From assembly GCA_000146045.2 (NCBI GenBank), contig BK006945.2, positions 960,001 through 1,024,000 on the forward strand: a stretch of 64,000 bases of DNA, given 5' to 3'. The notes under the pieces are model-generated. The model had not been told where the DNA came from. It ran no database searches and saw only the letters and a program-made list of their open reading frames with translations. Both the position numbers and the translations under genes were made by a program. Positions 30,777-42,556 of this stretch are shown here, one piece after another; the first letter of the stretch is position 1; the number at the start of each line of letters is the position of its first letter. The DNA is from TPA_inf: Saccharomyces (lineage: Eukaryota).

Positions 30777-32732
30777 ATGAGTGGAAAATTTGTTCGTGCT
30801 TCTAAATATAGACACGTCTTTGGCCAAGCGGCCAAAAAGGAACTGCAATATGAAAAACTCAAAGTGACCAACAACGCATGGGACTCCAACTTGCTAAAAA
30901 CGAATGGTAAATTTATTGCGGTGAATTGGAATGCCTCTGGAGGTGGTGCATTCGCTGTCATTCCGATCGAGGAAGTGGGCAAGGCTCCAGATCAAGTGCC
31001 TTTGTTCAGAGGCCACACTGCGCAGGTCTTGGATACCGATTTTGATCCGTTTAATGACCACAGGATTGCTTCCGGTTCCGATGATTCTAAGATTGGTATT
31101 TGGGACATACCGGAAAACTACAAATTTCACGATCATGTAGATGAAGATGGAGAGCCAATTGATATCAAACCAGTAAAGTTTTTGACAGGACACGCAAGGA
31201 AAGTTGGACATGTTCTTTATCATCCCGTCGCTGAGAATGTATTAGCATCCTCTTCAGGTGACTATACTGTTAAATTATGGAATGTGGAAACTGGAAAGGA
31301 CATGATTACTTTGAAACATCCAGATATGGTCACATCCATGTCATTTTCGTATGATGGTAATTATCTTGCCACAGTGGCTCGAGATAAGAAACTACGAGTC
31401 TGGAATATCAGAGAAGAAAAAATTGTTAGCGAAGGGCCTGCCCATACGGGTGCAAAAAACCAAAGGGTGGTATGGTTAGGAAACTCTGACAGATTGGCTA
31501 CTACTGGTTTTTCAAAATTGAGTGATCGTCAAATCGGTATTTGGGATGCCTTCAACATTGAAAAGGGAGATTTGGGAGGCTTCTACACTGTCGACCAATC
31601 ATCAGGTATTTTGATGCCCTTTTATGACGAAGGGAATAAGATTCTTTACTTGGTGGGGAAAGGTGATGGTAATATTCGATACTACGAATTTCAAAACGAC
31701 GAGCTGTTTGAGTTGTCTGAATTCCAATCCACAGAAGCACAGAGAGGCTTTGCTGTAGCGCCTAAGCGAATGGTGAACGTCAAAGAAAACGAAGTCTTAA
31801 AAGGTTTCAAGACTGTCGTTGATCAGCGTATCGAACCGGTATCTTTCTTTGTTCCAAGGAGATCAGAGGAGTTCCAAGAAGATATCTACCCGGATGCACC
31901 TTCCAATAAGCCAGCTTTAACTGCTGAAGAGTGGTTTTCTGGCAAGTCTGTTGAAGGTCCAATTCTCGTTAGTATGAGATCTATCTATGACGGTTCCGCA
32001 CCAAGCTTTCATGAGGCTAAAAGACCTCAACAGCCAACAACTCAAGAAACAGCTCTTGAAGAGAAAAAGGAGCAGCCTAAAGTGGAGAAGCCAATCAGCG
32101 AATCCGAAAAGGAGGTGAAACAAGAAGCTCCAAAATCTCCCTCACCGCTAAAGTCGGCCTCCTCATCTTCTACAATCAACCATGTATTAAAGGAAGATAA
32201 TTCGATCAACAAGTTGTTGAAGAAATCCTCCGATATTGATCAAGTTAACAACGCCGAAGATCCGTCTAGGGATACCTCCGGATGGGAAGAAGCCGATGAT
32301 GAGCCAGCTCCTATCAAAATCGAAACCCCAGTCACTCCAACAGAAACTAAAAAGGATCGCACACCTAAGGTCGAACCTTCAAAAGAATTGAAGCCAGAGC
32401 CAGTGTCTATCGCAACAGATAGAAAACAGGAGCAAAGCTTACCTCAAGAAGAGAAGTCCTCTGAGAAAACAAAGTCCCCTGAGCAGGAAAAATCCGCAAC
32501 ACCTCCTTCTTCAATTACGGCTGCTAAGACAGCCATTACTGCCAGCAGTAAGGAAGAGCCATCCGCGGCAAGGACATCACCTAAGTCATTGGGTTTAAAA
32601 AAGTCTGTCGAAAAACTATCTACATTGGTTCTGCAATTAGAAGATGTAGTTGATAAATTAACGAAAGCAAATCTTGACAAAGATGAGCGCCTGTTAAAGT
32701 TGGAACAAAAAATTGGCGAACTGTCAAAATGA
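30777..32732 (+). CDS. CRN1: Coronin (actin-binding WD40 protein with C-terminal coiled coil), 651 aa
   Basis: The N-terminus MSGKFVRASKYRHVFGQ is the coronin signature. WD repeats and a C-terminal coiled coil follow. The length is 651 aa (YLR429W). Confidence 0.9.
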   Translation: MSGKFVRASKYRHVFGQAAKKELQYEKLKVTNNAWDSNLLKTNGKFIAVNWNASGGGAFAVIPIEEVGKAPDQVPLFRGHTAQVLDTDFDPFNDHRIASGSDDSKIGIWDIPENYKFHDHVDEDGEPIDIKPVKFLTGHARKVGHVLYHPVAENVLASSSGDYTVKLWNVETGKDMITLKHPDMVTSMSFSYDGNYLATVARDKKLRVWNIREEKIVSEGPAHTGAKNQRVVWLGNSDRLATTGFSKLSDRQIGIWDAFNIEKGDLGGFYTVDQSSGILMPFYDEGNKILYLVGKGDGNIRYYEFQNDELFELSEFQSTEAQRGFAVAPKRMVNVKENEVLKGFKTVVDQRIEPVSFFVPRRSEEFQEDIYPDAPSNKPALTAEEWFSGKSVEGPILVSMRSIYDGSAPSFHEAKRPQQPTTQETALEEKKEQPKVEKPISESEKEVKQEAPKSPSPLKSASSSSTINHVLKEDNSINKLLKKSSDIDQVNNAEDPSRDTSGWEEADDEPAPIKIETPVTPTETKKDRTPKVEPSKELKPEPVSIATDRKQEQSLPQEEKSSEKTKSPEQEKSATPPSSITAAKTAITASSKEEPSAARTSPKSLGLKKSVEKLSTLVLQLEDVVDKLTKANLDKDERLLKLEQKIGELSK

Positions 32733-33433
32733 AAATTTTTTGTACTTTTAATGATAAAATTAAGTGAGTCCTTTTTATAGGAAAGATGTATTTTGATTAT
32801 ATGTAATGTACATAAGACGGCGGCGATAATAATGCACTTAGAAAGTGAATCATGTTCACCTGTCCACTAACAAAAAAGGAAACAAAATGTTGCTTTCCCA
32901 CAGGAAAAAGAATGTTTTTGACAAAACACTAAGCGTTATGTGACCAATGTATAATTGTCCTCATCATATAGTTTTATGCAAGCATAAATAAGTCTTTCTT
33001 TTAGTTAAAACGCGTTACATAGTAAAGGTAACCCTGAATGAATTTTTATTTATATTTTTCTTCGCATATTTTAGGATCTTGAAAAATTAACCACAAGTTA
33101 GAAGTTGATGAGATCAGGAATTCTAACAAAAGGTCATTGGTTAGGTTTATTTTGTAGGTGCACGTTTGCAACTTTATTCCTTTTGTTTCAAAGTTATAGA
33201 GCTTTCATTTTCTCATTCTTCTCTAGTGTAGGTCATTTCTCCTGCATATTAACCTACTAGAAAAGTTTACGAAGCTTCATAGGAACGAATAATCGATCAC
33301 TTTAAAGGCTTCCCGCACTTTAATCTTATCATCTACACCTACAAAAAAGCTCTACTTTGTCATTTATTTTCTACTTCATCTCTGTATGGCATCTATCTCT
33401 ATATATATAAAAAAGCGCATCTGTTTATTATAA

Positions 33434-36400
33434 ATGAATTCCAACAATCCTGATAATAATAATAGCAACAACATTAATAATAATAATAAGGATAAGGATA
33501 TTGCCCCCAATAGCGATGTTCAGCTAGCTACCGTCTATACCAAGGCAAAGTCTTACATTCCTCAGATTGAACAAGTTTATCAAGGCACAAATCCAAATAT
33601 TCAAGAGGCAAAATTATTAGGGGAGTTATTACAAGTTCTAGCAGAAGTTCCCAAGGGTACGCATTTATTTTGCGACCCCATACTTGAACCAATATCAATT
33701 TTTTCCCTAACCATTTTCTCATTCAATGAAGAAGCTACGGCCACATGGCTGAAGAATCATTTTAATCCAATTCTCTCTGTTTGTGATAAATGCATTCTAA
33801 ATTTTGCGAGAGGGAAGTGCAAAATGTTACAACATTTTGCCATTCAAAGACATGTGCCGCATGAACATGTAGCCAAGTTTAATGACATCGTATGCCAATG
33901 GAGGGTGGAGGCTGTTTTTCCTATTCTTAGAAATATTTCCGTTAACGATAATACGGGAATTAACATTACAAATGAAATTGAAACTGCAATGTACGAGTGT
34001 CTCTGTAATCCGCATATGTTGAGGCTTAACAAGCAACTTAAGGCTACTTTCGAAGCAATCTTCAAATTTTTCTACGACACAAAGCATCGTTTGTTGGACG
34101 TTACGAATCCATTAAGCATAAAAACCTTTATATCAGGTGTCATATTTTGCTGGTGTGAAGGTTCAAAAGAGGAAAATGAGTGGTCACGAGCTTTTCTAAA
34201 GGATTTATACTCAAGAAATTTCCATATAAATCTTTCTAACCTGACACCGGATATTATTGAGGAAGTTTATATCCATATTTTATTCTTACAGAATCCGGCA
34301 AACTGGACAGAGATTGTGGTATCTCAATTCTGGTCGAGATTACTACCGGTTTTCAATTTATTTGATAAAGACGTCTTCATAGAGTACTTTCAGGTCCCAA
34401 AAAATGTGGAATCTTTAAAAAAAACATTCAAATTTCCGTTAGAGCCAATTTTTAAAATGTGGTACAATCACTTAAGCAAATCATATCATGATAAGCCACT
34501 AGACTTTTTGTTAAGAGGATTAACAATGTTCTTGAATAAATTTGGCTCCGAGTTTTGGTCCAAAATTGAACCCTTCACATTCCATAGCATTTTGGATATA
34601 ATTTTCAATAGAGATTCATTCCCAATCAAACTAATCAAAATTCAAGACAATCCAATTGTTGAGCATCAAACAGAAGTTTACTTTCAACTTACCGGTTCTG
34701 TAACCGATTTACTTTCTTGGACCTTACCATTTTATCATGCACTGTCACCATCCAAAAGAATTCAAATGGTTAGAAAGGTCTCAATGGCGTTCCTGCGTAT
34801 AATAGCCAATTATCCATCCCTAAAATCCATTCCCAAAGCTTGTTTAATGAATTCAGCAACTGCCTTGTTGAGGGCTGTGTTGACTATTAAGGAAAATGAA
34901 AGGGCAATGCTTTATAAGAATGATGAATTTGAAACAGTACTGTTGACTAAAACAGATTCTAGAGCTTTGCTCAACAATCCTTTGATCCAAGACATAATAA
35001 TTAGATCAGCTTCGAATCCTAACGACTTTTATCCTGGGCTAGGTGCTGCTTCTGCATCGGTGGCCACATCCACGATGATGGTATTGGCAGAATGTATCGA
35101 TTTTGATATACTGTTATTATGTCATCGAACGTTTAAGCTTTATTCAGGTAAACCAATTAGCGAAATTCCAATTTCAACCAACGTCTTGGAAAATGTTACA
35201 AATAAAATTGACCTGAGATCTTTTCATGACGGTCCATTGCTGGCCAAACAGCTGCTAGTATCTTTAAAAAATATTAATGGTCTTTTGATAGTACCGTCAA
35301 ATACTGCCGTAGCTGAGGCACACAACGCATTGAATCAGAAGTTTTTGCTGCTATCAACGAGATTAATGGAAAAATTTGCGGATATTTTGCCCGGTCAACT
35401 GTCTAAAATCCTTGCGGATGAAGATGCATCGCAGGGTTTTTGGTCCTGCATATTCTCCTCTGATAAACACTTGTATCAAGCAGCTACTAATATTTTATAC
35501 AATACATTTGACGTTGAGGGTAGACTGGAAGGTATCTTAGCGATTCTGAATAGTAATTTGACCGTTAACTTGAAGAATATAAACGTGATGCTACAAAGAT
35601 TAATCAATTGTGAATTCTATGAGCCTTGCCCCCGTGCTGTTCGTGTTTTGATGGACGTAGTGAGTGCATTTGTAGACCCGATTTCTGGTGTGTTTGCTAA
35701 TTTCCAAACTTTGAAGAGCCAAAATACCGAAAAGGAATTTTTAAAATTCTGGGAATCATGTTGGTTATTCTTGGATACGATTTATAAGTTTACTTTGAAA
35801 TGGGCTTCTAAATATGACTATTCTGAACTGGAAAATTTCACCAAAGATACTTTAGATCTAAGTCGCTCTTTGGTGGACTCCTTTAGAGAATTTTCAGATA
35901 TTCTTCATGACCAAACGAAAAATTTACTTCTCAACGTTTTAGAAACCTTTAAGAATATGTTGTATTGGCTGAGATTGAGCGACGAAGTACTTTTGGAATC
36001 TTGTGTTAGATTAATTATAAGCACGTCTGATTTAGCACATGAAAAGCATGTGAAAGTGGATGATTCCTTGGTAGAAATGATGGCCAAGTACGCCTCGAAG
36101 GCAAAGAGATTTTCAAATAAGTTGACGGAGCAACAGGCGAGTGAGATTCTACAAAAGGCTAAAATATTCAATAAAGCACTCACGGAAGAGGTCGCTACAG
36201 AAGCTGAAAACTACAGAAAAGAAAAGGAATTATCAAGACTTGGGAAGGTGATCGACTTAACGGATTCTGTGCCGGCGTCACCATCCCTCTCGCCCTCTCT
36301 GTCTTCAACCATTGCTAGTTCTTCTGCTGAATCCAGGGCAGACTATTTACAAAGAAAAGCTTTATCTTCTTCAATAACTGGGAGACCAAGAGTAGCTCAG

Positions 36401-39400
36401 CCTAAAATAACATCTTTTGGTACGTTCCAATCATCAGCTAATGCTAAACTGCATCGTACAAAACCTGTTAAGCCTTTATCCAAAATGGAATTAGCTAGGA
36501 TGCAATTATTAAACAACAGAGTTGTTCATCCACCTAGTGCGCCAGCTTTCCATACAAAGAGTAGGGGTTTGTCTAACAAAAACGACGATAGCAGTAGTGA
36601 GGAGAGTGACAACGATATAGAAAGCGCTCGGGAGCTTTTTGCTATTGCTAAGGCAAAAGGCAAAGGAATACAAACTGTCGATATTAATGGTAAGGTTGTC
36701 AAGAGACAAACTGCGGCTGAATTGGCTAAACAGGAGTTAGAACATATGAGAAAGAGATTAAATGTTGATATGAACCCTCTATATGAAATCATATTGCAAT
36801 GGGATTACACCAGAAATAGTGAATATCCTGATGATGAGCCTATTGGTAATTATTCTGACGTAAAGGATTTCTTCAACTCTCCTGCTGACTACCAAAAAGT
36901 CATGAAGCCTTTACTACTTCTAGAATCTTGGCAAGGTCTATGTTCTTCACGTGATAGAGAGGACTATAAACCTTTCAGTATTATTGTAGGAAATCGAACT
37001 GCTGTGTCAGATTTCTATGATGTGTATGCCTCTGTCGCTAAACAAGTCATACAGGATTGTGGTATTTCTGAATCTGACTTAATTGTAATGGCTTATTTAC
37101 CCGATTTTCGACCAGACAAAAGGTTGTCCAGTGATGATTTCAAGAAAGCACAACATACATGTTTAGCAAAGGTGAGAACATTGAAAAATACCAAAGGTGG
37201 TAATGTTGATGTCACATTACGAATTCATAGAAATCATTCTTTCAGTAAATTTTTGACACTAAGATCAGAGATATATTGTGTGAAGGTTATGCAAATGACG
37301 ACTATTGAAAGAGAGTATTCAACACTGGAAGGGCTGGAATACTATGACTTAGTTGGCCAAATTCTACAGGCTAAACCATCGCCTCCCGTAAATGTGGATG
37401 CGGCAGAAATTGAAACAGTTAAGAAAAGCTATAAGCTCAATACGTCGCAGGCTGAGGCCATCGTTAATTCGGTATCTAAAGAAGGTTTTTCTTTAATTCA
37501 GGGTCCACCTGGTACGGGTAAAACAAAGACTATACTGGGTATTATTGGTTACTTTTTGTCTACAAAGAATGCCTCATCTTCAAATGTCATCAAAGTGCCA
37601 CTAGAAAAGAACTCATCGAATACTGAACAACTGTTAAAAAAGCAAAAAATTCTAATCTGTGCCCCCAGTAATGCCGCTGTGGACGAAATCTGCCTCAGAC
37701 TGAAGAGTGGAGTGTATGACAAGCAGGGGCATCAATTTAAACCTCAATTGGTCCGTGTAGGTAGGTCAGACGTTGTAAACGTTGCAATTAAGGACCTTAC
37801 TTTAGAAGAACTTGTGGATAAAAGGATAGGTGAAAGGAATTACGAAATCAGAACAGATCCGGAACTAGAACGTAAATTTAATAATGCTGTGACTAAAAGA
37901 AGAGAATTGAGAGGAAAATTAGACTCTGAGAGTGGTAATCCAGAAAGTCCAATGTCAACCGAAGATATCAGTAAATTACAACTTAAGATTAGGGAGCTAA
38001 GTAAAATAATCAATGAACTTGGCCGTGATAGGGACGAAATGCGTGAGAAGAATTCCGTAAATTATAGGAATAGGGATTTGGATAGAAGGAATGCACAGGC
38101 CCATATCTTGGCGGTTAGTGACATCATATGTTCGACTTTATCTGGTTCAGCCCATGATGTACTCGCAACAATGGGTATTAAATTTGATACGGTCATTATA
38201 GATGAAGCATGTCAATGTACCGAACTTTCTTCAATTATTCCTCTCAGGTATGGAGGGAAGCGTTGTATTATGGTTGGTGATCCTAACCAACTACCACCAA
38301 CTGTTCTTTCAGGTGCAGCAAGCAATTTTAAATACAATCAGTCACTGTTCGTTAGAATGGAGAAAAATAGCTCCCCATACTTGCTGGATGTTCAATACCG
38401 TATGCATCCTTCCATCAGTAAATTCCCCTCTTCTGAATTTTATCAGGGACGACTAAAAGACGGCCCTGGTATGGATATCTTGAACAAAAGACCCTGGCAC
38501 CAGCTTGAGCCATTAGCTCCCTACAAATTTTTTGACATCATTAGTGGTAGGCAAGAACAAAATGCGAAGACTATGTCTTATACAAATATGGAGGAAATAC
38601 GTGTTGCCATTGAGTTAGTTGACTACCTTTTCAGAAAATTCGATAATAAAATTGATTTCACGGGAAAAATCGGTATAATTTCACCTTATAGAGAGCAAAT
38701 GCAAAAAATGCGTAAAGAGTTTGCCCGCTATTTTGGAGGCATGATCAACAAATCAATCGATTTCAATACAATCGACGGTTTCCAAGGTCAAGAAAAAGAA
38801 ATCATCTTGATATCGTGTGTCCGTGCCGATGATACGAAATCTAGTGTCGGTTTTTTAAAGGACTTTCGTCGTATGAATGTGGCTCTGACTAGAGCCAAGA
38901 CAAGTATTTGGGTTTTGGGACATCAAAGGTCTCTGGCTAAAAGCAAGTTATGGAGAGATTTGATTGAAGATGCAAAAGATAGAAGTTGTCTTGCATATGC
39001 TTGCTCGGGTTTCCTGGATCCCAGAAATAATAGAGCTCAAAGTATTTTAAGAAAGTTCAATGTACCCGTACCATCAGAGCAAGAAGATGATTATAAGCTA
39101 CCCATGGAATATATTACGCAAGGCCCCGATGAGGTAAAATCCAATAAGGACACAAAGAAGAGAAGAGTTGTCGATGAAGGTGAAGAGGCAGATAAAGCTG
39201 TAAAGAAAAAGAAGAAAGAGAAGAAGAAGGAAAAGAAAAAGTCCAAGGCAGATGATAAGAAAAAGAATAACAAGAAGGCAGAATCGCCCAGCACCTCATC
39301 TGGTACAAAGAAAAAGTCATCCATTTTTGGTGGAATGAGTGTACCGAGTGCCGTAGTTCCTAAAACTTTTCCTGATGTGGACAGCAACAAAAAGGCAGCA

Positions 39401-40129
39401 GCAGTTGTTGGTAAAAAGAAAAATAACAAACACGTTTGTTTTTCGGATGATGTTAGTTTCATACCAAGAAATGACGAACCTGAAATTAAAGTGACCAGAA
39501 GTTTATCCTCTGTATTGAAGGAAAAGCAGTTAGGTTTGAAGGAGACGAGAACAATTTCTCCGCCTGAAATCAGTAATAATGAGGATGATGATGACGAAGA
39601 TGATTATACGCCGTCAATCTCCGATTCTTCATTAATGAAAAGTGAAGCAAATGGTCGTAACAACAGGGTGGCTTCTCATAACCAAAATTTCAGCGCTAGT
39701 ATATACGACGATCCACAAGTTTCGCAAGCAAAGCAGACGCAGGTACCTGCTGCTATTACAAAACACAGAAGTTCAAATAGTGTTTTATCCGGTGGTTCTT
39801 CGAGGATCCTGACTGCTTCCGATTACGGTGAACCCAATCAAAATGGACAGAATGGAGCAAATAGGACCCTCTCTCAACATGTGGGTAATGCGAATCAATA
39901 CTCAACGGCTCCTGTGGGTACAGGCGAACTGCATGAAACTCTGCCCGCCCATCCGCAAGACAGCTATCCTGCTGAGGCAGAAGATCCATATGATTTAAAC
40001 CCCCATCCGCAACCACAATCTTCAGCATTCAAAGGACCTGGTAGTGGGCCCACAGGCACACGCAACAGTTCGAGACGGAATGCTTCATCTAGCCCATTTA
40101 TCCCAAAAAAAAGAAAGCCTAGATCATGA
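33434..40129 (+). CDS. SEN1: Superfamily-1 5'-3' RNA/DNA helicase Sen1 (transcription termination), 2231 aa
   Basis: A 2231-aa ORF with a Walker A motif (GPPGTGKT) and SF1 motifs in the C-terminal third. A Lys-rich NLS-like tail reads KKKKKEKKKEKKKSKADDKKKNNKK. Confidence 0.9.
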   Translation: MNSNNPDNNNSNNINNNNKDKDIAPNSDVQLATVYTKAKSYIPQIEQVYQGTNPNIQEAKLLGELLQVLAEVPKGTHLFCDPILEPISIFSLTIFSFNEEATATWLKNHFNPILSVCDKCILNFARGKCKMLQHFAIQRHVPHEHVAKFNDIVCQWRVEAVFPILRNISVNDNTGINITNEIETAMYECLCNPHMLRLNKQLKATFEAIFKFFYDTKHRLLDVTNPLSIKTFISGVIFCWCEGSKEENEWSRAFLKDLYSRNFHINLSNLTPDIIEEVYIHILFLQNPANWTEIVVSQFWSRLLPVFNLFDKDVFIEYFQVPKNVESLKKTFKFPLEPIFKMWYNHLSKSYHDKPLDFLLRGLTMFLNKFGSEFWSKIEPFTFHSILDIIFNRDSFPIKLIKIQDNPIVEHQTEVYFQLTGSVTDLLSWTLPFYHALSPSKRIQMVRKVSMAFLRIIANYPSLKSIPKACLMNSATALLRAVLTIKENERAMLYKNDEFETVLLTKTDSRALLNNPLIQDIIIRSASNPNDFYPGLGAASASVATSTMMVLAECIDFDILLLCHRTFKLYSGKPISEIPISTNVLENVTNKIDLRSFHDGPLLAKQLLVSLKNINGLLIVPSNTAVAEAHNALNQKFLLLSTRLMEKFADILPGQLSKILADEDASQGFWSCIFSSDKHLYQAATNILYNTFDVEGRLEGILAILNSNLTVNLKNINVMLQRLINCEFYEPCPRAVRVLMDVVSAFVDPISGVFANFQTLKSQNTEKEFLKFWESCWLFLDTIYKFTLKWASKYDYSELENFTKDTLDLSRSLVDSFREFSDILHDQTKNLLLNVLETFKNMLYWLRLSDEVLLESCVRLIISTSDLAHEKHVKVDDSLVEMMAKYASKAKRFSNKLTEQQASEILQKAKIFNKALTEEVATEAENYRKEKELSRLGKVIDLTDSVPASPSLSPSLSSTIASSSAESRADYLQRKALSSSITGRPRVAQPKITSFGTFQSSANAKLHRTKPVKPLSKMELARMQLLNNRVVHPPSAPAFHTKSRGLSNKNDDSSSEESDNDIESARELFAIAKAKGKGIQTVDINGKVVKRQTAAELAKQELEHMRKRLNVDMNPLYEIILQWDYTRNSEYPDDEPIGNYSDVKDFFNSPADYQKVMKPLLLLESWQGLCSSRDREDYKPFSIIVGNRTAVSDFYDVYASVAKQVIQDCGISESDLIVMAYLPDFRPDKRLSSDDFKKAQHTCLAKVRTLKNTKGGNVDVTLRIHRNHSFSKFLTLRSEIYCVKVMQMTTIEREYSTLEGLEYYDLVGQILQAKPSPPVNVDAAEIETVKKSYKLNTSQAEAIVNSVSKEGFSLIQGPPGTGKTKTILGIIGYFLSTKNASSSNVIKVPLEKNSSNTEQLLKKQKILICAPSNAAVDEICLRLKSGVYDKQGHQFKPQLVRVGRSDVVNVAIKDLTLEELVDKRIGERNYEIRTDPELERKFNNAVTKRRELRGKLDSESGNPESPMSTEDISKLQLKIRELSKIINELGRDRDEMREKNSVNYRNRDLDRRNAQAHILAVSDIICSTLSGSAHDVLATMGIKFDTVIIDEACQCTELSSIIPLRYGGKRCIMVGDPNQLPPTVLSGAASNFKYNQSLFVRMEKNSSPYLLDVQYRMHPSISKFPSSEFYQGRLKDGPGMDILNKRPWHQLEPLAPYKFFDIISGRQEQNAKTMSYTNMEEIRVAIELVDYLFRKFDNKIDFTGKIGIISPYREQMQKMRKEFARYFGGMINKSIDFNTIDGFQGQEKEIILISCVRADDTKSSVGFLKDFRRMNVALTRAKTSIWVLGHQRSLAKSKLWRDLIEDAKDRSCLAYACSGFLDPRNNRAQSILRKFNVPVPSEQEDDYKLPMEYITQGPDEVKSNKDTKKRRVVDEGEEADKAVKKKKKEKKKEKKKSKADDKKKNNKKAESPSTSSGTKKKSSIFGGMSVPSAVVPKTFPDVDSNKKAAAVVGKKKNNKHVCFSDDVSFIPRNDEPEIKVTRSLSSVLKEKQLGLKETRTISPPEISNNEDDDDEDDYTPSISDSSLMKSEANGRNNRVASHNQNFSASIYDDPQVSQAKQTQVPAAITKHRSSNSVLSGGSSRILTASDYGEPNQNGQNGANRTLSQHVGNANQYSTAPVGTGELHETLPAHPQDSYPAEAEDPYDLNPHPQPQSSAFKGPGSGPTGTRNSSRRNASSSPFIPKKRKPRS

Positions 40130-40341
40130 TCTTGAAGTAAAAGTGTTAGGAATTATACCTGCATATATATTGGTGTATACATTTATATTGAATTTAATAG
40201 CAACATTATTTTTCATTATTTTTCATTATTTCAGCAAAAAGAACATTTTTTTTCAATTTGACGTGAAAGAGTTTGACTATTACGTGGGCATACAATGTTT
40301 AAATTTACATTATCCTCATGGCTACTCTAGCTATTTGCATT

Positions 40342-41718
<1,377 letters not shown>

Positions 41719-42214
41719 TTATTTTGTTACCTTATAGAACAACGAGGTTAAAATGTGGAACAAGAAAACGAAAATAATCACTTGAACTAAAACGTACTCT
41801 ATCCTTCACTTTTCCATTCCTTAGCCGGTTCTCCAATAGATATATACAGACGTTCTCTGTGTTCTATTATTTGTATATGATTTACACTATAAAAAGACTA
41901 TCTATACCTTTTGTTAATTGCGCACCTAAACGCCAGAGCTTACGCCCTTAAATTTTTTGAACATATGCGCTGATACCCTACAAGTTGTCCTAGGGCTAGG
42001 ATATCGGGAAAAAAGAGACAAGGGAACTTGAAAAACCATAATTCCCAATACATAAACCTGTTACTTGATGGCTAACAAGATGTACTTTTTTCCAGTGACC
42101 CAGTGGCTTCTTTAACCACTATTGTGTTCATTTCTAACTCTGGTTAATTACATAAATATTAGCCTTCAAAGCCGCACACGTTTCTTTTTCCGAAAAATGA
42201 AAAATTTTTCACTG

Positions 42215-42233
42215 AAAAAAAAAAAAAAAAAAA
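42215..42233. promoter_or_regulatory. Poly(dA:dT) tract of 19 bp, nucleosome-excluding, in the divergent ATG23/IMD3 promoter. A TATAAATAG TATA-like element lies about 20 bp downstream
   Basis: An uninterrupted run of 19 A about 320 bp upstream of the IMD3 ATG. Confidence 0.6.
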
Positions 42234-42556
42234 GAAGAAATAGAAAGGTATAAATAGTTGAATAATTTGCCCTTCCGAGATCCAACAAGATTTTTGAGTG
42301 TTGGGACCCTTGGAGGTTTACTCCAGTTTCGTGGGCTTGTGCATTTTCACCTAGTGTACTGGGAACTTTCTCTTTTTTACTCTATTTCTTTTCTTTCTTG
42401 CTTCTATATAACTTAACTTAGAAAGACTTTCTAAACTCGCAGAAAAGCACGTCATCTCATCTGTCTCACTTTTATTCTAAGGAAAAGAAGTCATCGACAG
42501 GTTAACAGCAGTAAATATTATCAGTGCAATTAATAACTCCGAAAGTAGTAAAAGCA

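Noticed and set aside
30617-30982. 121-aa minus-strand ORF overlapping the CRN1 start codon and 5' region
   Set aside because: It is antisense to, and largely inside, the well-supported CRN1 gene. Its composition is low-complexity and it carries no recognisable domain. It behaves like the 'dubious' overlapping ORFs typical of yeast annotation.
42524-42556. ORF-track N-terminal extension of IMD3 ([11 protein letters not shown])
   Set aside because: The conserved IMPDH N-terminus starts at [11 protein letters not shown] (42557). The extension reads like 5' UTR sequence, and the annotated protein length of 523 aa fits the downstream Met.
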